Origin: Candidatus Brocadiaceae bacterium
GTDB taxonomy: Bacteria > Planctomycetota > Brocadiia > SM23-32
Length of the DNA: 64,000 nt
Direction: 5' to 3'
Assembly: GCA_003551305.1 (NCBI GenBank)
Contig: PUMJ01000156.1
Coordinates: 27,325 to 91,324, forward strand
Under the pieces are notes generated by a model. The model ran no database searches. It had not been told where the DNA came from and saw only the letters and a program-made list of their open reading frames with translations. Of the stretch, positions 9,721 through 19,351 are shown piece by piece. The position numbers and the translations under genes were made by a program. Each line of letters opens with the position of its first letter. The stretch's first letter is position 1.

Positions 9721-11066
9721 ATCTCTGGCAGCTCGAACTCGTCGCCCGTCTCGGCGATCCACGCGGCCAGTCTGCCCTGAAGGCGCCGGCGCTCGGCGCG
9801 GAAACGCGTGTTGTGGGCCAGGTTGGCCTGCTCGTACGGGTCCTCGTTCAAATTGAACATCAGCCAGGGCTGCCCCTCCAGGCAGGCATATTTCCACCCA
9901 TCCGGGGTGACCACCGCCCGCCAGGGCCGGTCCACGCTGTCGCCGTGGCCGGTGGGGACCACCAGTTGCAAGTAGGCCGAGTCCGGCTCCTCGCGCCGCT
10001 CGCGGCCCCGGACGATGCGGCCGGAGTAGTCGGTGCCGCGCATCGCGTCGGGCGGCTCGATGCCGCACAGGCCCAGGCTGGTCGGCGCGATGTCCACGTG
10101 GTTGACGGGCGCCCGCGGCCGGCCGTGGTGGTGCGTGTAGCGCCCGCCGAAGCGGTAGACGATGAACGGCATGCGGACGGATTCCTCCCAGGCGGTCGTC
10201 TTGCGGAACTGCCCGTGCGAGCCGTGCATGTCCCCGTGGTCGGAGAAAAAGACGACGTAGGTGTCTTCGGCGAGACCGGCCTCCCGCAGCGCCTCGTTGA
10301 CGCGGCCGACGTTCCAGTCCAGGTTCTCTATCTGCGCGTAGTAGCCGGCCAGTTCCCGGCGGGCCTGCTCCACGACGCGCGGCACGTCCGGGACGTTCGG
10401 CCGCAGTTCCACGGCGCCGGGCGTGTGCTGCGCCATCCACTCCTGCGGCGCCACGTAGGGGCCATGGGGCGGCTGCACGCTGAGGACCGCGAAGAAGGGT
10501 CGGTCCGCCCGTTCGCCTTCGCCGCCCTCGTGGATATAGTCTATGAGCATGTCGGTCAGGCAGTCGGTCTCGTAGCCCGGCAGGCGGTAATGGAAGGCGT
10601 CCTCCCCCTCGCCGCCGTGCACCCAGCAATCCCACTGGGCGTTGTTGTTGTCGTAGCCGGTCCAGACATCGAAACCGCCCCGCCGCTCCGGGGGCACGAT
10701 GTGCATGGCGGACCGGCCGTTGCCCTCCTTGAAGCCGTCCAGGTGCCACTTGCCGAAGTAGGCGGTCTGGTATCCGGCGTCACCGAACGCGTGGGCGACG
10801 GTCGGCTGCTCGGGCGGCATGGGGTATTCGTGGCCCGGCACGCACTCGTGGGGATAGAGGCCCGTCAAGAGCGAGCCGCGGAACGGGCAGCAGAGGGGGC
10901 AGCCGGCCACGGCGCCGGGGAAGGAGATGCCCTCGGCCGCCATGCGGTCCAGGTTCGGCGTGTGGACGTTGGGGTCGCCGGCATGGCCGACGGCCTGGCC
11001 GCGGTGCTGGTCTCCGAATATCCAGATGACGTTCGGCCTGCGAGACTCCTGGGTCTGTTCGCTCAC
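9717..11066 (-). CDS. formylglycine-dependent sulfatase (Cys-type)
   Basis: RPNVIWIFGDQHR, PLCCPFRGSLLTG, GKWHL, FSDHGDMHGSHG; GTG start. Confidence 0.92.
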   Translation of the reverse strand: MSEQTQESRRPNVIWIFGDQHRGQAVGHAGDPNVHTPNLDRMAAEGISFPGAVAGCPLCCPFRGSLLTGLYPHECVPGHEYPMPPEQPTVAHAFGDAGYQTAYFGKWHLDGFKEGNGRSAMHIVPPERRGGFDVWTGYDNNNAQWDCWVHGGEGEDAFHYRLPGYETDCLTDMLIDYIHEGGEGERADRPFFAVLSVQPPHGPYVAPQEWMAQHTPGAVELRPNVPDVPRVVEQARRELAGYYAQIENLDWNVGRVNEALREAGLAEDTYVVFFSDHGDMHGSHGQFRKTTAWEESVRMPFIVYRFGGRYTHHHGRPRAPVNHVDIAPTSLGLCGIEPPDAMRGTDYSGRIVRGRERREEPDSAYLQLVVPTGHGDSVDRPWRAVVTPDGWKYACLEGQPWLMFNLNEDPYEQANLAHNTRFRAERRRLQGRLAAWIAETGDEFELPEI

Positions 11067-11108
11067 CGGGAGGGTCTTCCTTTCGCGCTGGGGCGATGGC
11101 GTCGGCCT

Positions 11109-11137
11109 ATCGTGCCCCAGGGCTGCGGCCCTGTCAA
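11109..11137 (-). promoter_or_regulatory. candidate sigma70 promoter for the sulfatase-GH38 genes
   Basis: TTGACA-17 nt-CACGAT on the minus strand. Confidence 0.45.
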
Positions 11138-11267
11138 ACGGGAATGCTGAACATGTCCGCCGGTGCGACGGGGACCTGCGGCCTTTGCAGGAAGGGAAGA
11201 CGAAGGCGTCTCCCCCACCCGGCGGGGGCGGCACAATGAGCCCGACGGCCCCCCTGGGGCGCCACAC

Positions 11268-12122
11268 TCAACGCGCACACTGCGGGGCGGGGCACCAGCG
11301 GGCCTTGTAGAGGTTCTCCGAGGGCATCGAGATGGCGGCCTGCGGCCGCAGGAACCTGAGGTGGTGCGACCACCAGTGATCACCCTCGGCCTGCACCCAG
11401 ACGAGCCGCCCCGTGGCCGGGTGGACGTCTATGCTCTTGACCCTGGCCCGGTCGGCCAGTTCCGGATGGGGCCGGAACTCGCGCCGGTCCCGGTCGAAGT
11501 GCCAGCAAGCCGACTGCGTGGTGACCGAGAGCAGGGCCGAACCGGGCACCGCGTTCAGGTCGTGCCCGTTGGGGTCCGGCAGCCCGAAAGCCACCTCGAG
11601 CCTCAGGGAACGATCGTCCGTCACCCGGTAGGCGCGCAGTTCGTCATGCCCCAGGGCCCACAAGACGCCCCGCTCGTCATCCCAGACGGCGCCGTGGGCG
11701 GAGGGCAGCGGGTCGTCGGCCAGCTCCGCCCCGTTGCTCAGGCGATACAGGATCAGGCGGTTGCCGCCCGGCCCCGTGCTGGCGGCGACGGCTGCCAGGC
11801 CGCCCGGCAGGGCCTCGATGGAGTGGGCGTTCGTGACGGGCGCGCAGAAAAGCACCCGTCCGTCCGACCGCTCGATCAGGGCAGCACCGCCGCCCGAGGA
11901 GGTGACCAGCACGCGGCGCCCGCCGTCAACGGGCTTGCACTCATCCGTCGTGCCGAAGCTCCCGCGCATCGGCTCGGGCAGGCCGGGAGCGTCGGCGGCG
12001 TGCCAGCTCCAGGTCCTCTCGACATCGGGCAGGGCGGCGGTCCGCAGGCAGAACACCTCGTCCCAGCCGCAGACGAGCAGTTCGTCGGGCCTCGGCTCGT
12101 TTTCGGGCGGTGGCGTCCTCAC
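11268..12122 (-). CDS. beta-propeller protein (DUF6528-like)
   Basis: GTGA overlap with the upstream stop; TTDECKPV, NAHSIEALPGG, SAHGAVWD, GHDL, LYKARW. Confidence 0.7.
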   Translation of the reverse strand: MRTPPPENEPRPDELLVCGWDEVFCLRTAALPDVERTWSWHAADAPGLPEPMRGSFGTTDECKPVDGGRRVLVTSSGGGAALIERSDGRVLFCAPVTNAHSIEALPGGLAAVAASTGPGGNRLILYRLSNGAELADDPLPSAHGAVWDDERGVLWALGHDELRAYRVTDDRSLRLEVAFGLPDPNGHDLNAVPGSALLSVTTQSACWHFDRDRREFRPHPELADRARVKSIDVHPATGRLVWVQAEGDHWWSHHLRFLRPQAAISMPSENLYKARWCPAPQCAR

Positions 12123-12934
12123 GGGTTCTCCGGGTCTTCGTCGGCCGACGGGGGGTCCTGGGCGTTGGCGGCCTCCTGCAGGCGCCGGAGTTCGGCTTCG
12201 GCCTGGACCATCTGGCGGTGGGCAGCCTCGCCGGGCCAGCCGGCCTCGCGGCGGTCCAGGTCCGCCAGCGGCTCGCGGCGGCCGTAGAGCAGCAGGGTGT
12301 CGCCCGCCTCGATGCTCGTGGTGCCGCGGGGGCTGCCCAGGTAGGTGCCGTCCCGTCGCCGGATGCCCAGCACGATGATGCCCTCGGCCAGCAGGTTGCA
12401 CTCCTGCAGGGCCTTGCCGGCGATCCAATCCCCGGGCTGCACCTGGGACTCGACGATGGCGTAGTCGCCGCTCAGGCGCAGCAGGGCGGCGTAGTCGCGC
12501 GCGTCCACGTCCGTCCATCGGCTCAGGGCCCGGGTGATGAGGCGGCGCAGCCAGCGGTCGAACACCGAGCTGCGGGCCAGCAGCCAGAGCACCAGCACCC
12601 CCAGCACGATGTAGATGAGCCGCTGCCAGACGGGCGGACCTGCGACGGAATCGGCCTCGGAAAAGGCCAGTATGAGCGAGACCACGATGGTGGCCAGCCC
12701 GGCGCTGTGCAAAATCATCAGCGTCATCACGATGCGGCGGCGCACCGGGTGGTTGACGGCGCCCTCGGCCTCCTGCGTGGTGAAGCCGACGCCCGAGAGC
12801 GCCGAGCGGGCCTGGAAGCGCGCCGCCTCCTCCGACATGCCGGTCAGGGTGAGCGCCACCGTGGCCACGCGCGTGATGATAAGCGAGAGCAGCAGCGCTA
12901 CGAACAGGGCGATGATGGCGGCGATGGCCAGCAT
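12119..12934 (-). CDS. membrane protein with C-terminal TrkA-C/RCK_C domain
   Basis: LTGMSEEAARFQARSALSGVGFTTQEAE, TM helices, VLGIRRRDG...GDTLLLYG. Confidence 0.85.
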   Translation of the reverse strand: MLAIAAIIALFVALLLSLIITRVATVALTLTGMSEEAARFQARSALSGVGFTTQEAEGAVNHPVRRRIVMTLMILHSAGLATIVVSLILAFSEADSVAGPPVWQRLIYIVLGVLVLWLLARSSVFDRWLRRLITRALSRWTDVDARDYAALLRLSGDYAIVESQVQPGDWIAGKALQECNLLAEGIIVLGIRRRDGTYLGSPRGTTSIEAGDTLLLYGRREPLADLDRREAGWPGEAAHRQMVQAEAELRRLQEAANAQDPPSADEDPENP

Positions 12935-13025
12935 GTCCGGCTCCGATATACCACAAGTGGCGGCTAAGACAGGCGAACCGACGCCCACTGCCCGTCCCGC
13001 GGCAGGGGCCGCGCCGGCATGGCTT

Positions 13026-13054
13026 TTGACCCCCGGCGGGCCGGGCCGTACAAT
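13026..13054 (+). promoter_or_regulatory. sigma70 promoter
   Basis: TTGACC-17 nt-TACAAT upstream of the DUF401 gene. Confidence 0.65.
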
Positions 13055-13127
13055 GGAGGGTTCTACGCAGTGGAACGTACCATTCTGCCCGTTGCCTCCC
13101 CCTCATTCAAGAGCGGAGCCCGCCCCG

Positions 13128-14447
13128 ATGCTTCAGGCCGTCATGGAGGCGCCGGTCATCGTCAAGGTGATGGCGGCGCTGGCCATAATACTGCTGGTGA
13201 GCCGGTTCTGCCGCCACCTGATCGTCAGCATCGCCGTGGGGGCGGTGGTACTGGCGCTCTGGGCCGGCTATCCGCTCGCCGGGGCGGCCTCCATCGCCTG
13301 GGGGGCCATCATCTCGCTGGACACCATCCTGCTGGCGATCATCGTGCTGCAGGTCATCTGGCTCAGCTCGGTGATGACGGCCGGGGGCGTAATGGACGAC
13401 CTGGTGGGGGCGGTGCGCTCACGCGTCTCACAGCGGGGCTCGATGGCCGTGCTGCCCGCCGTGATCGGGCTGCTGCCCATGCCGGGGGGGGCCCTGTTCT
13501 CGGCGCCGCTGGTGGATAGTTGCGACGTCAACGGGGACGTCTCGGCGGCGCTGAAGACGCAGACCAACCACTGGTTCCGCCACATCTGGGAATACTGGTG
13601 GCCGCTGGCGGCGGGAGTGCTGCTGGCGGTGGACATCGCCGGGCTGGAAATATGGCAGTTCATGGCCCTGCAGGCGCCGTTCACGCTCTTCGCTGTCGGC
13701 GCGGGCTACTGGTTCCTGCTGCGTCGCATCGAGCAGCCCCATTCAGGACCCACTATGGAGAAGGACGACGGTGCTCCGCACTTTCTGTCCCTGGTGCTGC
13801 CCATTGTGCTGGTCATCGGCACGTACGCGGTCGTCAAGATTGCCCACGCCGGCCTGGAGGCGCGATGGGGCGAGGCCGTCCCGGCGCTGCACCGGTACGT
13901 GCCGATGATGATCGGCCTTGTCGTCGCCTTGCTGGCGCTGCAGGTGCAGCGGCCTTTGGGTGTGCAGAAGTGGAAGGAGATACTGCTGTCCCGGCGCGCC
14001 TTCATGATGGCCGCCATCGTGGTGGTGGTGCGCATCTACGGCGCCTTCATCGAAGGTGAGCTTCCCAACGGCGTGCTGCTGGTTGACCAAATGCGGCAGG
14101 AGATGGCCCGGTGGGGTATACCGATGGTGGCCATCATGATGGCGCTGCCCTTCATCAGCGGCTTCGCCACAGGGCTCTCGGTTGCCTTCGTGGGGGCCAG
14201 CTTCCCCATCGTCATCAACCTGCTCGGTTCCAACCCCGCGGCCGGCGAACTGCTGCCCACCGTGCTGCTGGCCTACGCGTTCGGCTACGTGGGGGTGATC
14301 ATATCGCCGGTCCACGTCTGCCTGGTGGTGGCCAGCGAGCACTTCGGCACGCACCTGCTGGAGAACCTCGTGGCGCTGCTCAAGCCCTCGGCGGCCGTGT
14401 TGATGGTCGCCTTCATGGGCTACCACGTGGTGGGCTGGCTCCTCTGA
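13128..14447 (+). CDS. DUF401 family membrane protein (ion-transporter superfamily)
   Basis: LPAVIGLLPMPGGALFSAPLV, NHWFRHIWEYWWPL, SPVHVCL; many TM helices. Confidence 0.85.
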   Translation: MLQAVMEAPVIVKVMAALAIILLVSRFCRHLIVSIAVGAVVLALWAGYPLAGAASIAWGAIISLDTILLAIIVLQVIWLSSVMTAGGVMDDLVGAVRSRVSQRGSMAVLPAVIGLLPMPGGALFSAPLVDSCDVNGDVSAALKTQTNHWFRHIWEYWWPLAAGVLLAVDIAGLEIWQFMALQAPFTLFAVGAGYWFLLRRIEQPHSGPTMEKDDGAPHFLSLVLPIVLVIGTYAVVKIAHAGLEARWGEAVPALHRYVPMMIGLVVALLALQVQRPLGVQKWKEILLSRRAFMMAAIVVVVRIYGAFIEGELPNGVLLVDQMRQEMARWGIPMVAIMMALPFISGFATGLSVAFVGASFPIVINLLGSNPAAGELLPTVLLAYAFGYVGVIISPVHVCLVVASEHFGTHLLENLVALLKPSAAVLMVAFMGYHVVGWLL

Positions 14448-14473
14448 GCCGCCCCCCGGGCATAGCGCGCCGC

Positions 14474-15130
14474 TCACCGCGGCTTTTTGAAGCCGATGGG
14501 CGTGTCTTCGTCCTCCGAGGTGCGCTTGCGCCGCCTGCGGGCACGGCGCCGCGTCAGGCTGGCTCGGCTGCTCATCTCGCGGTAGGCCCGCTGCACGTCC
14601 TCGCTGTCCCGTCGGAAGTTGTAGGAGTCCTCCTCGCGCACGCCCATCCGGCGCCCCTCGCTGATCGCGTCCTGCTCTGCGGCCAGGAAGATGAACTCCC
14701 AGTCATGCTTCTGCCTCTGCTCGTTGATCAGTTCGAAGACGCGCTCCCGGGTGTATTCGCGGCTGGAGTTTTCGAGCCCGTCGGTCAGGATGGCCACCAG
14801 CACGGCGGTGGGTCGCTCCTGCTGCGGCATGGCCGCGATGCGGGTGCGGGCGGTGTCCACCGCCGTGCCCACCGCGTCCAGCAGGGCCGTCATCCCGCCG
14901 ACGGCGTAGGTGCGGGAGTCGAGTTCGGGCACCTGCTGCAGGTCCAGACCGTCGCAGAGCAGCTCGTACGTCTGGTTGAACAGCACGAGACTGAACCGCG
15001 CCCGGCCGCTCTCCTTCTTCTGCTCGCGCAGAAACTTGTTGAACCCGCCGATGGCGTCCGCCTCGACGGCGCCCATGGACCCCGACCTGTCCATGACGCA
15101 GATGATCTCGACATGGCCGCTCTCACTCAT
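14474..15130 (-). CDS. vWA domain protein
   Basis: MIDAS motif DRSGSM, GMTALLDAVG, ILTDGLENSSREY. Confidence 0.9.
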   Translation of the reverse strand: MSESGHVEIICVMDRSGSMGAVEADAIGGFNKFLREQKKESGRARFSLVLFNQTYELLCDGLDLQQVPELDSRTYAVGGMTALLDAVGTAVDTARTRIAAMPQQERPTAVLVAILTDGLENSSREYTRERVFELINEQRQKHDWEFIFLAAEQDAISEGRRMGVREEDSYNFRRDSEDVQRAYREMSSRASLTRRRARRRRKRTSEDEDTPIGFKKPR

Positions 15131-15180
15131 CTTTCCGCCTCCTTGTTGAGTTAGGGTTGAACCGGCCGGCGAGACGTTAC

Positions 15181-15195
15181 GCACAGGCTGTGCCA
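15181..15195 (-). promoter_or_regulatory. sigma54 (-24/-12) promoter of the vWA gene
   Basis: TGGCACAGCCTGTGC (GG-N10-GC) on the minus strand ~50 nt before the ATG, with an AT-rich tract upstream. Confidence 0.6.
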
Positions 15196-15522
15196 GGAAT
15201 GGACGCCCGGACGAAGACGTGGCGTAAAGCGCTTTGAAACAAGAGCTTATATATTGTTAAACTCAGATGACGGGAGGCCCGGAAAGCGCAGAAGAGCTCA
15301 ATTGCTGCCGCCGACCGGTCAGAATATGACCTGGTGTGAAGGCTTCGCATCCACAGCCTGTTGAACCGGAGTGGCCACGCGCCCCGGCCGGGCCCCCGTC
15401 CGCAGCGAGGATGAACGGACGCACCGCGTTCGGCGGCCGGTTCGTTGGTTCTTGGGCCCGAAGCGCCCTCTTACGCGGGCAAGGCCCCGGCTGCCCCCCG
15501 AGGGCGGGGTGAGAAAGTGAAG

Positions 15523-15554
15523 AGGGCGCGGTCGGTCGGTTCCGACCGCGCCCT
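15523..15554 (-). terminator. hairpin terminator after the tRNA pair
   Basis: 13-bp perfect stem AGGGCGCGGTCGG/CCGACCGCGCCCT followed on the minus strand by CTTCACTTTCTC. Confidence 0.7.
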
Positions 15555-15561
15555 TCGTATG

Positions 15562-15639
15562 TGGTAGCCCCAAGGGGATTTGAACCCCTGTTACCGGAAT
15601 GAGAGTCCGGCGTCCTGGACCGGGCTAGACGATGGGGCC
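15562..15639 (-). tRNA. tRNA-Glu (anticodon CTC)
   Basis: GGCCCCATCGTCTAG...GGACTCTCATTCC...GGTTCAAATCCCC...CTACCA cloverleaf with encoded CCA. Confidence 0.96.
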
Positions 15640-15653
15640 ACGTAATCTGAAGA

Positions 15654-15727
15654 TGGCTGAGGAACCAGGATTCGAACCTGGAATACCTGATCCAGAGTCA
15701 GGCGTGTTACCGTTACACCATTCCTCA
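15654..15727 (-). tRNA. tRNA-Gln (anticodon CTG)
   Basis: TGAGGAATGGTGTAACGGTAACAC...CCTGACTCTGGATCAGG...GGTTCGAATCC...CAGCCA. Confidence 0.96.
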
Positions 15728-15738
15728 GCTAAAACCCC

Positions 15739-15767
15739 AGTATATCAGCCCGCACCCGGCCGTTCAA
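15739..15767 (-). promoter_or_regulatory. sigma70 promoter of the tRNA pair
   Basis: TTGAAC-17 nt-TATACT immediately upstream of tRNA-Gln. Confidence 0.75.
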
Positions 15768-15898
15768 GCGAGCGAACGGACCCACGGGTGCCCGCTCTGT
15801 TGATGTAACCGCTCACTTTTCCTGCGCACCGCCCGGTCGGCGCTATTTTTCAGCAACACGCGGTTGCGCAGGACACGCCCGCCCGCGTGCCGGGAGCA

Positions 15899-17383
15899 TC
15901 ACAGCAGGAGCCACACCGGCGAGGACCAGGCAAGCTGCCCTGCCGCCCCCTCGACCTTGACGTCGTAGAAGACAAACGGCCGCTCGCTGCGCGGCGCCTC
16001 GTTGATGCAGATGTTCTCCAACGGCTCCTCGTCCGTGAAGCTGAACTCCCCAAGCGGACCGGCAACCCGCTCCTCGGCCAGGACTTCGTTATTGCGGTGG
16101 AGCGTCACCCGGCCACCGGCGGGCGCGGCCAGCAGCGTCCGCACCTGGCGGCGCCGCCGCAGTTCGGCGTCCGCCTGGACCTCGGTGCCCATGGGCCGCC
16201 CGCTCACCGCCAGTTCCAGCACCGGCCGCCACCACGTGGTGGCGTAGCAGCGGCGCTCCAGCAGGGCGTCGAACAGCGACCCGCGTTCCAGCTCGTCGGC
16301 ATAGACGGCCGCCATGCCCTGGCAGTTCAGCCGGTGCTGGGCATAGTGGTAGTTCTCCGCGTTGACCGGATACGGCGTTCCGGGCATTGTGTGATGGGTG
16401 TCGCTGGAGCCTATGACCCCGTAGCGGTAGCCCAGTTCGAGTGCGTCCCGCCAGTAGGCGCGCCGGTCCGTCTTGCCGCCCTTCAGGTAGAGGTCATCGT
16501 GGCGTCCCTCCGAACTCCCCCACCAGGAGTACAGCTCCAGCACCGTCTCGCGTTCGGGGTTGTGATAGGGGTCCTCGAAGTCGCGGTACTTGCTGGCGCG
16601 GCCGGTGTGGTGGGGTATGCTCAGGTAAGGGACGCCCTGCTCATCGAGCCACTGCCAGAGCTGGTCCAGGGTGACCTGCGGGGTGCCGCCCTTCATGTCC
16701 TCGCGGTCCCGCCAGAAGTGGTCGGCCTCCTCGGCGCGGTAGTAGACGTTGTTGTCGCCGCCGTAGCCGCGGGCGTGGGAGGACTCGAAGCCGAGCAGGG
16801 GCACGAACTCGCCGGGCTCGTAGAAGTCGCGGACGCATTCCTTGAGGCGGCCCCAGTGGCTCTTGTCGCGGTGGATGCCGCGCAGGTGGTCGGCGGCGGC
16901 ACAGAAGTCCGTCAGCGCCACGTTGCGCCCGTACCAGTAGCCGAACTCGGGGCTCTTGCAGTTGTCCGGATGGCAGTTGCTGATCAGCGTGTGCACGTGG
17001 AGGTCGCCCCAGAAGAGGCGCGGCCCCCGGGCCCGGGCCAGCGCAGAGTTGCTGGTGGGGGGGCGTCCGGGGCAGCCCGGCGGGGTGGCCGTCACGTAGA
17101 AGGCCCCCTCCTTCTCCGCCACCAGCCCCTCGAGCCTTTTTCGCCCCATGTCGCCCGGGCCGAACTCGAGCGCCGCGGGCGCTCGGAGGGCCGCGTCGTT
17201 CGGCTCCAGGGGCACCCGGCCCGTCCAGTCCTCGGCCGGCATGCCCCGGGCGTCCATCATGACGGCCTTCAACGGGAAAGGCTCCCCCGGCCGGACCACG
17301 GACGGCAGGACGATGTGAAGGAAGTGCGACTCCGCGTCGAATCTGTCGGCAAACTCGCTGAACTCATCCCGGTACGACTCCAT
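15899..17383 (-). CDS. DUF3604 / PHP-like metallohydrolase
   Basis: FWGDLHVHT, AAADH, IPHH, GVIGSSDTH, RRCYATT, AWSSPVW. Confidence 0.82.
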   Translation of the reverse strand: MESYRDEFSEFADRFDAESHFLHIVLPSVVRPGEPFPLKAVMMDARGMPAEDWTGRVPLEPNDAALRAPAALEFGPGDMGRKRLEGLVAEKEGAFYVTATPPGCPGRPPTSNSALARARGPRLFWGDLHVHTLISNCHPDNCKSPEFGYWYGRNVALTDFCAAADHLRGIHRDKSHWGRLKECVRDFYEPGEFVPLLGFESSHARGYGGDNNVYYRAEEADHFWRDREDMKGGTPQVTLDQLWQWLDEQGVPYLSIPHHTGRASKYRDFEDPYHNPERETVLELYSWWGSSEGRHDDLYLKGGKTDRRAYWRDALELGYRYGVIGSSDTHHTMPGTPYPVNAENYHYAQHRLNCQGMAAVYADELERGSLFDALLERRCYATTWWRPVLELAVSGRPMGTEVQADAELRRRRQVRTLLAAPAGGRVTLHRNNEVLAEERVAGPLGEFSFTDEEPLENICINEAPRSERPFVFYDVKVEGAAGQLAWSSPVWLLL

Positions 17384-17486
17384 CGCAGCCATCCTCTGAG
17401 CAGAAGCCATGGCAATACCTTTCGACAGCCGGCCGGCACATGGTAATAGGGTGTACCGCCTCGCGCAACGCGCGCTCGTCCGGCGC

Positions 17487-17515
17487 TTGACAAAAAGCTG
17501 CGCAAGCCCCATCCT
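17487..17515 (+). promoter_or_regulatory. candidate sigma70 promoter of aldolase-kinase
   Basis: TTGACA-17 nt-CATCCT. Confidence 0.5.
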
Positions 17516-17567
17516 TCACCGCTTCGACGCCCGCGCCGACTGCCCGTCCCCCACAGGAGACCACCAG

Positions 17568-18422
17568 GTGCTCGCGACATTCAGCGACATCACGCCCCTG
17601 CTCGAATCGAAACGCGTCTGCGTGCCCGCCCTGGACATCGGCGGCGGCCAGCCGGACTTCCTGCTGGGCGTGCTCAGGGCGTGCCAGGAGGCCCGCTGCC
17701 CCGCCGTCATGCTCATCTGGGGCCCGGCTGCACAGGACTACATGGGCCTGGACGCCGTCGCCGCTCTCACGGCCCATTACGCCCGCGACTCCGCCGTCCC
17801 CGTCGTGCTGCACCTGGACCACGGCACCGAGGAGTTGGTCAGGAAGGCGCTGGACGTCGGCTTCCGCAGCGTCATGTTCGACGGCTCGGACCTGCCCCTC
17901 GACCAGAACATCGCGCTCACCCGCCGCATGGCCGAGCTGGCCCATGACCACGGCGCCAGCATCGAGGGCGAACTGGGCAAGTTCGGACGCGAGCAGGCCG
18001 AACAGGCCGGCGACACGGCCCTGACGGACCCCGCCGAAGCGGAACGCTTTGTCCGCGAGACGGGGGTGGACATCCTCGCCCCCGCTGTGGGCAACGCGCA
18101 CGGTTTCTACAACGCGCCGCCCCGCCTGCGGTTCGAACTGATGGAAGAGATGACCACCCGCACCGGCGTGCCCCTCAGCCTGCACGGCGGCACCGGAATA
18201 CCCATGGGGGACGTGCGCCGCGCCGGGCGGCTGGGCATGCGCAAGATCAACATCGCCTCCCGGCTTCACCGCGATTTCGCCGAGGCCATGAAGCAGGCCA
18301 ACCGCGAGGTGGACGACCGCAAGTTCAGCTGGCGCAAGGCCCTCGGCGCGGGGCGCGAGGCCCTGCACCGGCGCGCGCTCGAATACATCCGCGACCTCGG
18401 CTGCGAGGGGCTCATACCATGA
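17568..18422 (+). CDS. class II ketose-bisphosphate aldolase
   Basis: HLDHG, SVMFDGS, EGELG, AVGNAHG, LHGGTG, KINI; AGGAG RBS before the GTG. Confidence 0.92.
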   Translation: MLATFSDITPLLESKRVCVPALDIGGGQPDFLLGVLRACQEARCPAVMLIWGPAAQDYMGLDAVAALTAHYARDSAVPVVLHLDHGTEELVRKALDVGFRSVMFDGSDLPLDQNIALTRRMAELAHDHGASIEGELGKFGREQAEQAGDTALTDPAEAERFVRETGVDILAPAVGNAHGFYNAPPRLRFELMEEMTTRTGVPLSLHGGTGIPMGDVRRAGRLGMRKINIASRLHRDFAEAMKQANREVDDRKFSWRKALGAGREALHRRALEYIRDLGCEGLIP

Positions 18423-19351
18423 CGGCGCTGCGGGGCAAAGTCGTCGGCATAGGGCTGGCCGTGCTGGACCTGCTGCTGCTGTGGGACGACATGGCCCGGC
18501 CTGTGGTGGAGGCCACCGTCACGGAGTGCGAGTTCCAGGGCGGCGGCATGGTGGCGACCGCCCTGGTGGCTGCCGCCCGGCTGGGGGCCCGGACGGAGTT
18601 CCGGGGCCGGGTGGGCGCCGACTGGATGGGCGAACTCATGCTGCAGGGTCTGCGCGAGGAGGATGTGGACGTAAGGCGCGTGCGGCAGCCCCCCGGCTCT
18701 TCGGGCCCACTCGCGGTCGTCTGCGTGGACGGAGACGGCGGCGAGAGGCACTTCAAGCGCTTCCTCAGGTCAGGACTCGGCGCCGAAGAACTCGAGGGGG
18801 CCGAGAACCTGGAGGGGGCGGGCTGCCTGCTGGTGGACGGAACCCTGCCCGAGGCCACTACGCGGGCCGCCCGCAGGGCGCGGGAGCTGGGCATACCGGT
18901 CGTAGCCGACTTCGGCGGCAACCTCGGCGGCGGGCGTCGCCGCCTCATGCAGTTCGTGGACCACGCCATCCTGGACGAACGGGCCATCGCCGGCCTGGCC
19001 ACGCAGGGCGGAGCGCGCGCCGCCTGCGAAGCCGCCCGGCAGATGGGGCCTCACCACGTGGCCATCACCCGCGGCGAACGGGGCGTGGCCTCCCTGGACG
19101 GGCAGACGTACCGCGAACTGGACGCCTTCTCCGTGGACGTGGTGGACACCACCGGGGCGGGGGACGTCTTCCACGGCGCCTTCTGCTACGGGCTGGTGGC
19201 CGGCTACGAGGTGGAGGCCAACCTCGTCTTCTCCTCGGCTGTCGCCGCGATGAAGTGCACGCGCCTGGGCGGTCGCGCCGGCATCCCGACGCTCCAGCAG
19301 GTCCGCGACTTCCTGCGGGAACGGGACATCGAACCGCCCGCCCTCCCCTGA
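18419..19351 (+). CDS. PfkB family sugar kinase (YihV/sulfofructose-kinase-like)
   Basis: GGGMVATALVAAARLG, VVDTTGAGDVFHGAF, KCTRLGGRAGIP; ATGA-coupled to the aldolase. Confidence 0.9.
   Translation: MTALRGKVVGIGLAVLDLLLLWDDMARPVVEATVTECEFQGGGMVATALVAAARLGARTEFRGRVGADWMGELMLQGLREEDVDVRRVRQPPGSSGPLAVVCVDGDGGERHFKRFLRSGLGAEELEGAENLEGAGCLLVDGTLPEATTRAARRARELGIPVVADFGGNLGGGRRRLMQFVDHAILDERAIAGLATQGGARAACEAARQMGPHHVAITRGERGVASLDGQTYRELDAFSVDVVDTTGAGDVFHGAFCYGLVAGYEVEANLVFSSAVAAMKCTRLGGRAGIPTLQQVRDFLRERDIEPPALP

Noticed and set aside
9721..10749. 1232-aa ORF suggesting a long N-terminal extension on the GH38
   Set aside because: The extension is an alternative frame over the upstream sulfatase; the GH38 motifs begin after the ATGA overlap at 9717-9720.
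12123..13106. N-terminal extension of the 612-aa ORF
   Set aside because: It overlaps the TrkA-C gene in another frame and is low-complexity Arg/Gly/Ala; the real start is the GTG at 12122.
15300..15520. Possible 6S RNA or integrated-element remnant downstream of tRNA-Glu
   Set aside because: Only short hairpins; I found no convincing long irregular duplex, no duplicated tRNA 3' end and no integrase.
15654..15727. tRNA-Gln as an amber suppressor for the TAG at 59979
   Set aside because: The anticodon reads CTG, not CTA.
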